64,000 nt of DNA from Ascidiella aspersa (taxonomy: Eukaryota), in contig OZ004615.1 of the NCBI GenBank assembly GCA_963924565.1, forward strand, positions 14,384,001 to 14,448,000. Reading direction: 5' to 3'. Both the position numbers and the translations under genes were made by a program. Positions 13,801-27,353 of this stretch are shown here, piece after piece. Below the pieces are notes generated by a model that worked only from the letters and a program-made list of their open reading frames with translations, searched no databases and was not told where the DNA came from. How positions within the stretch are numbered: position 1 is the first letter of the stretch; every line of letters begins with the position of its first letter.

Positions 13801-15907
13801 CAGGAGAAAGCAGCACTCAGAACTGGTTATGGGGTGCGCATCGAGGGGCGAGAGACTTCCGCAGTTCTTGGAAAGTGGTTTTCGGAAACGTGGATTTTGT
13901 GAGGGAAGATTGTGGGGAAATGGATCGAGGGTTAACACTAACGTAAAATCTCACGTTTTATATAACTTCGATAACTTACAAATGTCTGGCAAAAAGCTTG
14001 TGGCGCAGCACTATATTCCCAGCAATTTGTAAAGAAAGTAAATGTGCTTAAAAAGCGTGTATGTTTGATAAAAGTTTGCGCTAACGTTTTTGAAGTAAAA
14101 ACGAGTTTGCGTTTTCAACAATAGAAATAACCATTTGTATTTTTTGTTTTTTATATGTTGGCCACTTTCGTTAAATCAACTGTTTAATATGATTGCTTTA
14201 GTGTAATGAAAACATTATATATACAAGAACCGAGGTCGGATTGTTTTAATAGTCAATCCGATCAACCGTGTCACTTTTGTACCACTATTGTGACACTTAT
14301 AAATTATTAATATTAATAACTGGAAAAAAAAGTATAAACCACCATTTTATGACATCGAATATGCCTTGCACGATAATCAACAACAAGGGAGGGCGAGTGA
14401 CAGATATCGCGCCGTTAGTTAAAAGCAGGCGTCAAAGAAACAACCCCTGGGGGCGCGACTGTCCATGTTCTTTACATTTCGCTGTTAATTGACGTCTATT
14501 GTGTGCTTCACTTCTAATCGAGCCAGGGTAGTCACGTTAACTATCGGATTGATAGGCAGTCGCATTGTGCTGTTAATTGCCGCCTGCGCGACATCGGGCC
14601 TGACTTGATAGGGAGACCGGCGTTTTAGCCGAAACAACAATAATAAAACTCACGCAAAGAGATCTCTGAGGTCTTAAATCTTTTATCGACAAACAGATAT
14701 CAAAACAGTGTCTGGCGAAATAAATTTTTGCAAAAATGTTCACAGCCAACATATGCTATAAACGAGGGCTTACCTTTAAGTACCTTGACTCCCCACTTCT
14801 CGTTGTAGGCTGTTTTCTTACTAGAATTTTTTATTTCTCCCATTTCTCCATGAATGTACTGCTCGGGGCTGAACATCTCTCCTCCTCCATAAATCTCGCC
14901 GTCAAATCCTCCGCCAATTTCTGCATCCATACTATTCTTCCTGGAAGATGTGTTAGATGAATGCAAATCTACGTTGGAGTCGTTAGAGAGGTTGCGGTCG
15001 CCATGGATACCAGAGTAGTTGGTGTCGATAGAAGTAGCTCCTTTATCACAGGGGGCATTTGAAGAATCAAAAGCAGCCGGAACATAGCCACCAAAGATTT
15101 GGGTTTGTCCCTCACTTCTTGTATCGACCAGGGTCTGGCGCTTAGAGTTAAGCTCTATATTTGGCAGGTTGTTTGAAGAGGATAAGATGCCAGTAGTTTC
15201 CATGGTGCCACATCCCTCTACTCCGCTATCGTTGCTTAGGCTGTAGTCGCGGCGTCGATGGCTCATCATTTTAACCGGGGACATTTCTTGCGTATCCCCA
15301 TCAGCGGATGAATGTTTCTGTTTAGACGACGGGTTGGAGGTTGGATTACCGTTCTTGGAATTCGATTTCATTTTAAAATCCTGTAAAATGTCGTAGGAAT
15401 CTGAAAGGCTGTGAAGTAAGTTTTCGTCTTCTGGAAAACCTTGGTTGGAGCATTCCTCAACATTGATTTGGTTATTCGTTGCTAATATGCCTTGGGGAAT
15501 ACTCGGATTAACAACGAAACGTTGGGTGGACCCCGTGAAGTTGGCAAGACCTCCGAGAAATGCAGACTGACCTATCATGAATTCCTCAAGATCAAAACTG
15601 TCATCAAAGATGTTGCTGCTATGGCTGGTTTGATCTGAAGAGGCGAAGAATTGATTTGTATTTTCATAACAACTATTTTGATGAATTTCATGTTATGTAA
15701 TTTTTGTTTATAATAAACCTTTCATGTTTTACATATATTACAAACGTAAAAATATATTTTAAAGAAAGTTATTCGCCTATTGGTATTTTTGTATGCGATA
15801 AGTTTATTTCGGTTAAAATAAATATTATCTTTAATTTTTTAAATAAAATTACCTGCGAACGTCGATTCATTTGCGACCTCAAGGTTTTGCAGCTTCGGTT
15901 TTGCCAT
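10855..15907 (-). CDS. Crypton-derived DUF3504/tyrosine-recombinase-like domain protein (KCTD1/KIAA1958/ZMYM/QRICH1-type domestication), ~863 aa
   Basis: Exons 15907-15853, 15634-14774, 13195-12979, 12824-12671 (GC donor), 12469-12323, 12187-11995, 11819-10855 total 2592 nt in frame. Motifs: KWGVKVLKAW, LCRFWSEVRKSNGDYY, NPLALLRKVWFEITLHF, CPVRSYELYLSKL, WYGKAPIGEKAL, SKRYTNHCVRTT. Confidence 0.88.
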
Positions 15908-18900
15908 CACAAAGAGAGTTTTACGTTGTCAGCGTGAGATGGACGATATGTAAATAATATCGTTTGAAATATTTCATGGACCGAGCATTGACCAAGTTGT
16001 TATTTTATCCAAGTGCTTATTGGTAATTTATCAAGAAGCGGCCTTAATTATTCCTGACAATTTGGAAATTACCATAAAAATTCACCGTAAATTACTTATT
16101 ATGTTAGCTGGCCACATAAATAAGGCAACTAAATAATGTGCTAATAGCTAAATCGCATGTGCTAATTTCTGAATTACATTTGCTGATATATTTTTGTTTT
16201 AGTTCTAGCAAATTTTTAAAATGTTAAGCCACTTTATAAAAATGTACTATCGAAAATGCTAAACTTTTTCAGATAAACCTGAGCAGGTTGCTGCCTTTGC
16301 TTGAACAAAACTTCAACTAACGTTGAACACCTGTAAGGTGCTCGTTGACCGGCAAACGTGCGACTGCAAGTGCTCACCAGCCGTTATAGTTTGCGACGGC
16401 GCTTGCTTCGCTTTCCAGGAAAGCCACGCATTTCGGCGGAGAGTGGCCCGAGGAAGAAAAAGGGAGGTGACCGTGCTGCGAGGATGGTGAGCGAGGGAGA
16501 TCGCAATTGACTGATTGCTGCCCCTCGTCGTATTTGGCGCACTCAGGTGTATATCATAGGCCAGGAAGCAGCGCGACAATGCACTTTCAATAACAGAAAC
16601 ACGTCCGTTTTTAAACAAACCACAGTGTACGCCTGGACGGCTTGATTGGCCGTCGCAACCAAAAAAAAACTTTCACCTACTTTTAGGAATTAATAGAATG
16701 TTGTTTATTTATATAGAGATTGCTTTAATGTAATATTTTAAATCCCATGTTTTTCAAATATCAAAGACCATTCAGGTTACATTAAAACAATTATGTCAGC
16801 ATTAATAAAGCTATAGTTCACTTAAGAACTTTTAAATTGAATAAAAAATGTTTGTGTTACGCGATATGCCTCATCTAAACCTTGTTTGTTTCAGCGAAGG
16901 TTTTTCGACAATCGTATTGCGTTTTACCCTGCGGAATTATGCACAAATAAAATTCAAAATGGCGTATGCAATTCTCCGTTGTAAACCGCTCGATGGTTGA
17001 AATGCGCTGAACAATACAATCACAAATCAACACAAAATAATAAATATGCTGTACTAGACATTAAAACCACCCTAGAAAGGCAATATGCGTTAAGGAGTTT
17101 GACTAATTAACGCGGTACGCATGGCAGACAGTCGTAATTGTGTCCTGAACTTCGCGCGCACGAACTCATTTCGCACCTAAATAACCTTGAGACAAGCGCC
17201 GATCATAAATTACGCTATTCTGGAACAAAAATATCCGGCTGCGATGATGCATTGGACGCACAAATCGGTTTACACTAGGTTTTGTTAGTCGCCGCTTCGC
17301 TTTTTCAATTTCCGGTTTTGTGTCCTAACATTCTTTGGCGGCATTTATTCTGTTTAAATCAAAAACATCCGACAATGATTTGTATGGGGAAAACCGATTT
17401 TTGTTTTTGTCATTGGTAGAATATAGTTCTAAATTTATTGGTTTCAACATCTTATTGCAAAATATTTTTCTACTGTTCACGCGTCATAAGAAAAAGAGGA
17501 ATTTCAAACGGATAGGTTTGACAGGCAGCATAGGCTATGACTAGTGGATAATTTGTTTCAAGTACAAAATATTGTAAAACAAATATTAAGTAGGCCTATT
17601 TTAATTACGGAAAATTTGTCTTATATGCTAAAGTTCATTTTCAAATTGTCTTTTCATTTAAACACCTTAATTTCACTTTTGAATAAAAAAGTTTGTTTGG
17701 ACAAGCAAAAAAGGACAAAAAAAAATTCTTGCTTAATTTGAGGAGGATGAAAACCTCCTGGGTCATTTCAGGGCGTCACTTCTTAGACAACAGCGCGACA
17801 GTGGCATTAAAGGCCATTGTGATTTACGATGCGTATCGCAGTAATCACCTTGTATTGCAGCACACGTCACCTAAATGACTTAAGGTAAAATCAGCAAGTT
17901 GAATGATGTCATTGGTCGGACGCCAACCAGTATTTATGTATGAAATCGAATCTTTTATCGATTGGTTCTAGTGAACAACTTGCATTATTATTAAACCATA
18001 ATTCTCTAACTTTTGTATAACTATTATAATCTTTAAGTTTCATCATAAAAAAAATAAAATAAACAAAAACGCATTATTCGATTTTCTAATACACTTGCTA
18101 AGCATGAAGCGTCATAATGCGTTTCATTATACTATCAAACGTTTCCCCAACCTTTTTGCAATAAAACCTTTCTTGCTGGTCCCATTATATATATAGAATT
18201 TTGGGCCCCGAACAGCTACTCTTATAATGAACAGTCCTGCAATGAAGAGTGTCTATATAGAGTAAAAACTAAGGCCAAACTTTAAATTCATAGCACATTA
18301 CATGGGTGTTACGTGATTTTTGGGGGCGCGTTTGGGCGATTTTTATTGTAAACTAAGCATTGTGTAGGACTCCGTCTAGCGGTCGACCCAAACATCTAAA
18401 CCGAATAGATCAGTCTATAGTTACTCTAGCAGTGCTTTGCAACCGGTGTACCGCAAGACCATACGAGGTGTGTCGCGACGTCACCGAAAATTCTTACGTT
18501 TTTTTAATTGCACTTTTTAGAGTAGAAATAAACAAAATTGGTACATCGAGACAAGCAGTTTACCCTTATGTAATAAACAAGGGGTAACTTATTTCCTTAC
18601 TATTTAAAACTAAAACCTATGTTACGTTCAATCGCCGGAAGTCAAATTTAAAAACAGCATTTTTAACTTAACACCTGGAGTATAAATATACAGCAACTGC
18701 TTTCTAACCACGATAAGATAAGATCTAAAATCGTCTAAAAAATATATAAACCTAAGTCCTAAGTTCATGGAAATAATGCTAAAAAATGGACAAAATAATG
18801 CCAAAAAATGTAGTGATAGGCAATGGGATGATCGGGCAGAAAAAATGTATAACGCCAAATAATCGGCGACTTCGGTGCGTTTAATTATAAAGCGCTCATT

Positions 18901-19234
18901 TTTCTCTGGGCAGCCTGGAACTTTTGATGTCCATTGTCGATCGTCATATGTTTCGCAGGTGTGCACGGGTAAAACATAGAGTTGTAACTTAGGTTTGCGA
19001 TAAACATGGCGTTAAATCTTTAAACATAAACACAGTGGCAAACATTTTATTGGCGGCACATAATGTAAGTGCAAAACGATAACGACAAAATAACACGCAA
19101 AATCGTTTTATAAGTATTCAGTCAATTTCATTTCTATTGACCTTGCATTCCTTCTTGTAAGGTTCTCGCATGGTGACCTTTTCTTTAAATAAATTCCATA
19201 TTTGCATTCGTCTAAGAAGGACTTTTAGCAAAGA

Positions 19235-22200
19235 TCATTTGATCAACGAAAAATCAAGAGCAGCAAACACGGAAAACTCGACTGCAAGTATTTCGTCTTT
19301 CCCTGCTTTAAACGAATGTTCGAGCGCCTGGAAAAAATAGCAAAAAAACATGGTGACAAACTTGCCGAATTGATTACAAAATACACTCAAATGTTTAAAA
19401 GTTCGCAAGATGAACTACTTCTCAAGCAAAGCTGGTTGAGCTTAATTGTTTCTTGTGAACCACTCGTGTTTCTATATATTTTAAAATATCACTTTAATTC
19501 ATTTAGATTGACTTTTTACGCGTAATTTTAGATTGGATACCAGCTTAGTTTTACAAAGATAAGACTAACTATATAGGATAGAACATTGTAAGCTGATAAC
19601 AGGGATTGGTAATAGGGTAAAAAATTACTCAAAAAAGTCTCTACTGAACTGCTTTAATGCGATTCATATTGCGAATTCATACTCAATACAACCCTGAAAT
19701 TTTTTTCTAACACTACCATTTTGAGTCGAGCGGCTAAGTTCGAAAGAGATCATTTGAAAGTAACGCTTCAAACAAAAAAATTCATCGTAATAAATGAAGC
19801 TTTATAATTAATCTCAAAGCCATAAAGGTCGAATTTATTAACATCACCTCGATAAAGACGTTTCGATGCGTACTTGTATCACCACCAATTAATGTGACCT
19901 TTTTTGCTTTGGGATTCATTATTATTAAGCTACATTACAGATCCATGCATAGTAATATAAATTAAATTCGACTAAAGGTATATAACCCTGACTATAATCA
20001 ATGATATATGACATATTTTCTGGGTCATTCCTGTCGAAGCTTCATAATCATCGGCGCTTCCCAGAATTTGGGTCATAAATGTGATTTTAGTAACTTATTC
20101 AGTAATTACGATATTTTGTTGGAAAAATCGGACCTAACCACCACGTTTGTAATTTTTTAATTCGTAGTATAGCACAATAGCCATTTTGTTAAACAGGAAA
20201 ATGGCCAAAAACTTTAAATGATGACTTCCCTTCCACTCACCGACAAAACTTGCCCAGCCTCGCCCGACCGGAGGTCGCCGTGCAGTTTGGCCGACAGCAG
20301 GAGACACGCGGCAGTCACCATGTGCCGGTTCGTCTTGGCGATCTTGCAGGCGAACACGAGTCGGTAGAAGAAGGCTACCGCCATGTCAAGCACCCCCGTG
20401 TGAAAATCGAAGCTCCTCGCCACCCTCTGCATGCGCTGCTGCAACGACCGCACCTTGGACAGGGTTATGCCGACCTGACAATAGTGGACGTGCGCTGGTT
20501 ACAGGATATAAGGATTTGTAGTTCGCTTCTGTTACTAAAATGTTTACCTGTGCGTTGTGGCCGGATGGTATGCGGTAAAAGTTCCTGTTTTTAGACTGGT
20601 TGACTATTTTTATTCAGGCGCACTTACGAACTAAAAAGTTACACATTTTATCAGTGGTAAGTATTGGATCGTAAAATTTGACCTTATTTAGAGACTGATA
20701 AAACTAAAGGATTTTTTCATTTAAAACCATATATTATATCAATTAAAATTCTTATATAAAAGAAAATTTTATTTTTAAACTTAATAAAATGCAGATGTTC
20801 TCAATCTTTATTTGATTGCGTTTTTACTGTTAGTACATTTGTATTACCTGGATAGTGCTGCAAATAACGTTTCAAAAGATTAAACACCGGTTAGCTTCTT
20901 TAAGGAAAAACTAAATTAGTTTTAACTCACAATTTCTAAATAAATCTAATTATAAAACTTACAGATGGAAAACTTTGGGAAAACTTCAGGTTTAAATTGA
21001 ATCGCAATTCACTGGGTTTCGTGTATTCGATTACGCTGACCTGGACAAAAAACAGGTGTGGTGTCTACTAAAATGAAATGAAAGTTTGGTTTCACAGGAT
21101 TATTAGCCCAAATTTAATCGACGTGAAAATGCGCCAAACACACATGGCATAGGTAATGACAGAGGCAGCGTGCGTGTAAAGGTTGCATTTATAACCATTA
21201 ACCAAGAACCGCAATATTTTAATTTATGTTAAGATCAACGACAAACAGCATTCGGAGACGTTTGGCAACAAAACAAATGTTACATGTGGCCATCATTATC
21301 AAGCGCAAGAAGTTTTGTAGTATCCCTATTTTTCACTTTCTCTTGGAAAAAATTAGAAACAAGTGTTTCTCAATGGATTTGTATTAGTTCGGGTCTACAT
21401 GTACATATCAACCCAGAAAAAGTTCCAGCTCATCCGGCCTGGGGAAAGTCCCCATTTTGCATTTTCAAAATGGCCGCAATAAAATACAGGTTTTTGCTCA
21501 TATATCAGCTTCTACATCATCTATGAAAGAGATTATGGTGTTAAAGTATATGTTTTAAGGGTTAAGGAACCGAAATAGAGCATTAAGAAGTACACTCAGT
21601 GGTCGCCATTGTGTTTTTCACGTTTTTGAACATTTCTGCTATTTATTTTGAGGGGTGTAAGAATTACAAATACATCATTTCTAAAAAAAGACTTCCACAA
21701 ACGGCCATGCAGTCACTGGATTAATATTATACAGTATCGACAATTTATAGTAATTTCTAAATTTCGGTCAACTAACACCAAAGGGTAATACACTCACTAA
21801 TAAACAAAGCCTTAAAGCCAGTTAATTTTACAATTATATTAAGTCCGATCAACTGAACAATCCTCATCACTCTCGTAGGTCTCTTTACTGTTGGAACAGT
21901 TACCACTGCAATAGCCACATACAGTAACGCATGGTATAAAGTATTTTCTGCAATTAAATTTGTTATGGCTACATTGGTTTCCAGCTTTGCATTTACAGCA
22001 TATTGATTTTAATAGGGCTACCATATTTTCAGCACCCAAAAAGAGGACATTTTGCTACGAAGAGAGTTATAAGGGACGATTTAAAATCCTAAGTTTTAAA
22101 GTGAATAGTCACACACGCTTTAATAAATGGCCTTTTTACATGTGAGGTTCGGTTGCAATTTTTCTGGCGCAATGTTTGCAACAACAATGAAAAAGGTAGA

Positions 22201-25200
22201 ACTTATAAGGCAATTTCAGCATGTTTCGTGGCTACAGTATTTTTTTGGAAATAAATACCAAGTCTCGCCTAAAAGTCTTGTTGAAAGTATAAGCAACTAA
22301 CTTGAAACATTTTTGGCATTTTTGAGCGTCCTCGGAGGACCATTTACTTTTCTTGAGAAAAGCGGGCAAATCCAGATAGTTAAAGAAAGGCAACTGCCAG
22401 TTGTCGTCAGACTCGGAGGATTTCATCTCCTAAAGAGCTGTTTGGGTTGTATTGGACTTATAATGGCGGGTTAAGGTTTGGAAGATGTGGCCTACCTGGC
22501 CTTTTATATGGCCCGCATACTGTCACTCATATGTTAAAGGGAGCTGCATATTCAAAATCTCTCCGAGTCCATTTTTTTAGCAAATGCAGCTGTTAATCGT
22601 ACAATGATGACACTTCAACAAACTAAGCACGAGTCCATTTAAAATACTTTTTGACTATGCGAAAAACTTTCGCGCTAATAGACCTTCTACATCCGGTTTG
22701 TTTACGTTTTGATGCTGTCTTTTGAAGTTTTGAACTAGATCAGCGCTTCTTTACCGTTGCGCCATTTTCTGTGAGACCTTTCTGGGGTTGGTTTTGGCCC
22801 GCGACTAGAAAAGGTTGCCGACCCCTGGTCTATAACGTGAACATTTGACCAAATTTAGATTTTTCTGGTTTTCTCATTAACTTGTCCATCCTAAACAAAG
22901 CTAACGGAACAGGTTTCATCTCATATTTAAATGCTCTTTCGATGTCTCTATCTCTTTCAGCAAGAACAATAAGTCGGTTAAAGAGAACTGTTTTTTTTTT
23001 CAACGTAAACCTTTTTAGGTCCAACTTTTATATGTTTTTCAGGAGAACTTGGTGGTTTGCTTTTATAGAAGTTTTAATAGGTTCGAGGTGAGAAGCATGG
23101 TCCAAAATTTCTTGGATAATTTGGCCAATATGCCATGCTTGTTCACAGTTAACAGAATTTGTGTCGGTTGTAGTCAGTCCTGTTGAGAGTGAAGCTATCA
23201 CAAGAGGATCGTTTACTGGTATAAAATAATTGTGATACGTAAACCATTCAACCATCGTAGTGAAACATTCATGGTCTTTCTGTAGACGTATTTTTGCCAA
23301 ATCTTTGTAACTTTGATTGTATCTTTTAAAATCGACTCTTTCATCCATCAGCCTCTCAAGATGCTTTAAGTGTGATAAGCTAGAAACCCAAACTTTTACT
23401 GAGTTTGTGTGGCGAAGCCTGCCGCTTGTGAGACTACCTTTATATTTGGTTTTCCGCATAAGAGTCTTCTCTGTTGTCATGTCGGAAAACTGTTCATCAC
23501 TGTTACGAGTTGTGTGAAATCCATTCGTCCGAAACATCTCGTATGTATGTGGAAATTTGTCTTTTAGTCAAACATTTCTAGTAGATATAGCCTTCCACTT
23601 TTGACATAATGGCCATCACTGGCTGCTGCAAATATGTAAAGCATAGATGTTACTGCCTGAAGGTGGTGTCAATCGTCCTGCGGCTAGGTATTGCCTAACA
23701 ATTCATTATATGTCCAATACAACCCAAAAAGCTCTTCTGGAGATGAAATTCTCCGAGTCTGACGACAACTGGCAGTTGCCTTTCTTTAACTATCTGTATT
23801 GCTTTAATCCACAATGGCTGATCGAAGTTTATTATTACGGGAATATCATGTGAACAGCTAGATATACATTTTCTGGGTGTAGTATAAAAACTGTTGACAT
23901 CATTTGGGGATCATTTGGATCATTAAGAATGATCGGCAGAAACTCGATCGTCGACTTCTCCACCAAACCGGTATGATACTTGTGCATAAATCCAGACCCG
24001 TTAGGATGGCTTATTTTGGTCTCAAGTGCATTAGGTATAGGTAATCATACATTCAGCCATATAAGATCTGTTGTTTTAAATGAAATCTCCGTTTTCATAT
24101 CTATAAGTTGTTTGATTGGAATATACCTCCTAAATAAAAGTAGTCCATGTTTCGCAGCCATATTTAAAGCATAATAAAGGTCAAGCGAAACAACACATGC
24201 ATAAAAATACATACTTGTACTGATAATAGTAAATTGAAAACAAATTTGGCCTAAATAGCTATACAAATATTACAAACACTGACGATCTGAAATCTAAATA
24301 AATAAATAAATATTGAATTCCACCTGATGGTGAATTCCCGCACCTCCACACCCCGTCTATAGTCTTCACGACTAACTAAGGTTTAAAATGCTCTATTTGG
24401 TTCCTTAACCCTCAAACCATTTACTTTAACACCATGATCTCTTTCATAAATGATGTAGAAGCTGAGATATGAGCAAAAACCTGTATTTTATGGCGGCCAT
24501 TTTGAAAATCCAAAATGGGGACTTTCCCCAGGCCGGATGAGCTGGAACTTTTTTTTGGTTGATATGTAGACCCCAAAAAATACAAATCCGTTGAGAAACA
24601 CTTGTTTCTATTTTTTTCCAAGATTGGTCCTTTTTTGCTCGAAAATAAGCATACTATTGTATTACGTCACAAGGTGATGTCACAAAGTCACATTAAATGT
24701 GACGTCATAAAAAAATAAATATTTTTACCACTACACAATTTTGTTAACTTTTAGGTTGGGTAGCGGTTTCTTTCGATACAAAAGCTATAATACAAAAATG
24801 TTATCGATTCTCGTAAAGCTAAAACCGCCTTTACATGGTTTCAGTCGTCAAAACTGGCGCTGGTCTAGGATCCTACCGTTTAAACAATTATTAAATCTAC
24901 GCACAACATTTGGGTTAGCATTTGAGTGTGGGTGGGTCACACTGACTCAATTGTTATTATAATAATAATTTAATAAGAATCCCACCCACACCCATGTGCT
25001 ATCCCGCATCCAAACCATGTTAATGTGCGTTGTGGTACAGTGGTAGGGTTATAGACCAGCGCCTAAAATTCTAATTTTGATGGTGCAATTGGACATATGA
25101 CGCCTTTGGGATAAAACCAATTTTTTTTTAATTAATTAGACAGTCAAAATGTGTACAAAAAAGTACAGTTTGGATGGGGCGGGTCATGGCCATGTGCCCC

Positions 25201-27353
25201 CTAATTATCACATACCATGTATCCATTCAATGCAAGAACAGTCCGATGTTTTCCAGTCATCCACTCGGCACTACTCAGATCAGTTGGCACTGTGGAAATA
25301 AGTATACATATTTTTTAAGCATATCCCAGACTAAAGATAAGTTCGGTATAAGAACTAGGCTGACATTGGCATTTGCGATAAACCCGATCTACTAAACCGG
25401 GAGTGGCAGTTTTTTTAACCAAAAGACAACCCTTGTGGAATTTGGTTGGTCCCTTTACTTTCAAGTCATATGTAACTTGAGAGCGACACCCAATTATATG
25501 CTATATATTACTATATACTATATACTGAACAGAAGTGTGTTACATAGTTTCTGTTTTACAATAATTTTTTTTAACTCACCTGCAATGGCTGTACGATTGG
25601 ATGGATCCAGCAGTGACTTGTAGGATACCTGCAAAAACTTTTGCTAAAAAGTTTCATGTTTTCGAAATATTACATTGCGACAATATCGGTTTAATTACAC
25701 TCTATATTGTGTACGGGGACACAGTATGAAGATTCCAATGAACTTAAATCTTGAATAATATATGAAACTAACATCATTAGTTCTTTACGCTATAAAGTTG
25801 TTGATTTGGTTGTATTTTTGGCATTATATTTAATGGGTCTACTCAACACTAAGAAGTGGCAAATTCAAACAAAGTGCAGGCAAACTGAGATGGTGTCCAA
25901 ATGTAAAAAAATAGATTAAATCCTTAAAATCATGTGATGTGCAGAGCATAGGACTGTATTTTTTACTATGACTTCGGGACGTTATCGATTAACATAATTA
26001 TATAGTATATAGTCTATTATGTTTTGATTCAAATTTAGTTTTCATATATACATATACATTTAAACCAGTGGTTCCCAACCTTTTTTAGTCACACAACCTT
26101 TTTTAAAAAACATAAGGCTCACAGACCCCTAACCTAAAACTAACCACACCAAATCATGAACCTGTGTTTGGGTTTTCGAAATTAAGGCTATACGCAAATA
26201 TCATCTTGAACGTCCATATGATTTCTGTCTTTGAACTTTTACATTAAAATCAATGTGTACAAGTTAAATCAATAAGGTAAATTTCAAGGGGATATTTTAT
26301 CACGGTTCAAGTCAATTAGAAAGTGATTTTTAATTCATATTTCACGCTTAAAGCTACCAAAATTAAAATATTCCCACAACAAAAATAAACTATAAGAAAA
26401 GGACTCAAAGAAATATCTTATATGAAGAAAGTCGTTTTTTATGCAAATAACAATGCAACAATCTTGATTTTAGGTTGGGAACCACTTATTTAAACCAATT
26501 AAAAGACAACCAGATATTGCACAGAACATATTTGACACAAACATAAATTTTAAAAAAAGGTTCATTTTTTATTTTGGTAGAAACAAATCATCCAGGTAAT
26601 AGTTTGCTGCATGGATAGTTTAATTTAACCAGTGTGTGGTAAGCTTAGTTATGGTTTCGGTAAATAATGGCAAGCTTTATATCCTTGAGCAAATCTGTGA
26701 TGCAACAAAGCAATAACATTCTAGGGACATGTTTTATCTCATTTGTTCACTACTAATGCAAAATACAGCAACGCTTTCAATACAGTGATTGCCAGTTGTA
26801 AAAAATACAAATTTAATTAAAAACAAAGCCATGTATCAATAGTTTTGTAAATTTTGTAACTTGTGCCAACCATTGACCTAAACATAACGAAATGAAAACG
26901 CAATCCTACTTTACAACATGGCAGGTTTATCATGTTGTCATCATTTAGAAGATTGTTTATATTTTTTTTTCGCCTGCATTTATTGTCAGATATGGTAATA
27001 CAAATGTTAGATTGGCAAAAGAAAACAATTGGTTAAAAACCCTGACAATATTTTTTACAAGAATGTAAGTCAAAAACACAATAAATTCAATTTTATTTAC
27101 CACATCTTTGTTAGCTTTTGTAATAGCTTCTTTAACAACCATCTGCATAGCTAATTCTGGCATTTTGGGGTTATACGAAAAATCTTGTTGGTCTGGAAAC
27201 CTGAAAATTTGTAGAACATTGGTAACTTAGTAGAAAAGATATATATCAAATTAAATAAATACCTACCCCTTTATAGTGCTTGATTCTTTAATGTAAGGTA
27301 TGATTGATGTCATCACCACAGGGGTACTATAGTATGACTCAAGGTACAATAAC
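19235..27353 (-). CDS. CABLES: CDK5 and ABL1 enzyme substrate (cyclin-box protein), divergent; N-terminal exons probably extend to ~28500
   Basis: Exons 27353-27267, 27200-27101, 25628-25580, 25289-25216, 21040-20963, 20474-20241, 19327-19235 (TGA). Peptides GKHRTVLALNGYMVSVIEYTKPSEL, ITLSKVRSLQQRM, AACLLLSAKLHGDL and EFSVFAALDFSL match the CABLES C-terminal region. Confidence 0.88.
21318..24656 (-). mobile_element. Decayed Academ DNA transposon in a CABLES intron
   Basis: TAG...CTA termini, 3-bp TSD TTG (21315-21317 / 24657-24659) and ~270-bp imperfect TIRs. Minus-strand remnants FLPII, FDQPLWIKA, VVRLGEFH, EKTLMR, YEMKPVPLALF and a C-terminal Cys-rich finger (21839-22039). Confidence 0.85.
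22487..22828. mobile_element. hAT-type MITE fragment nested inside the Academ element
   Basis: Ends in GGCCCGCGACTAGAAAAGGTTGCCGACCCCTG, typical of CAGGGGTCGGCAA hAT termini; the left end is degraded. Confidence 0.55.
24856..25063. mobile_element. Palindromic MITE (GGCGCTGGTCTAG family)
   Basis: Long imperfect hairpin with GGCGCTGGTCTA...TAGACCAGCGCC termini; same family as 30857-31059. Confidence 0.75.
26066..26487. mobile_element. hAT MITE
   Basis: TIR CAGTGGTTCCCAACC / GGTTGGGAACCACT; 8-bp TSD ATTTAAAC on both sides. Confidence 0.85.

Noticed and set aside
10855-15907. Active Crypton transposon or phage integrase
   Set aside because: It lacks the catalytic Tyr segment, has long host-like disordered extensions, and shows no element boundaries.
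22232-23853. ORFs 22232-22426 and 23647-23853 as a duplicated small protein (ESDDNWQLPFFNYL)
   Set aside because: Both are antisense readings of the Academ VVRLGGFH segment.
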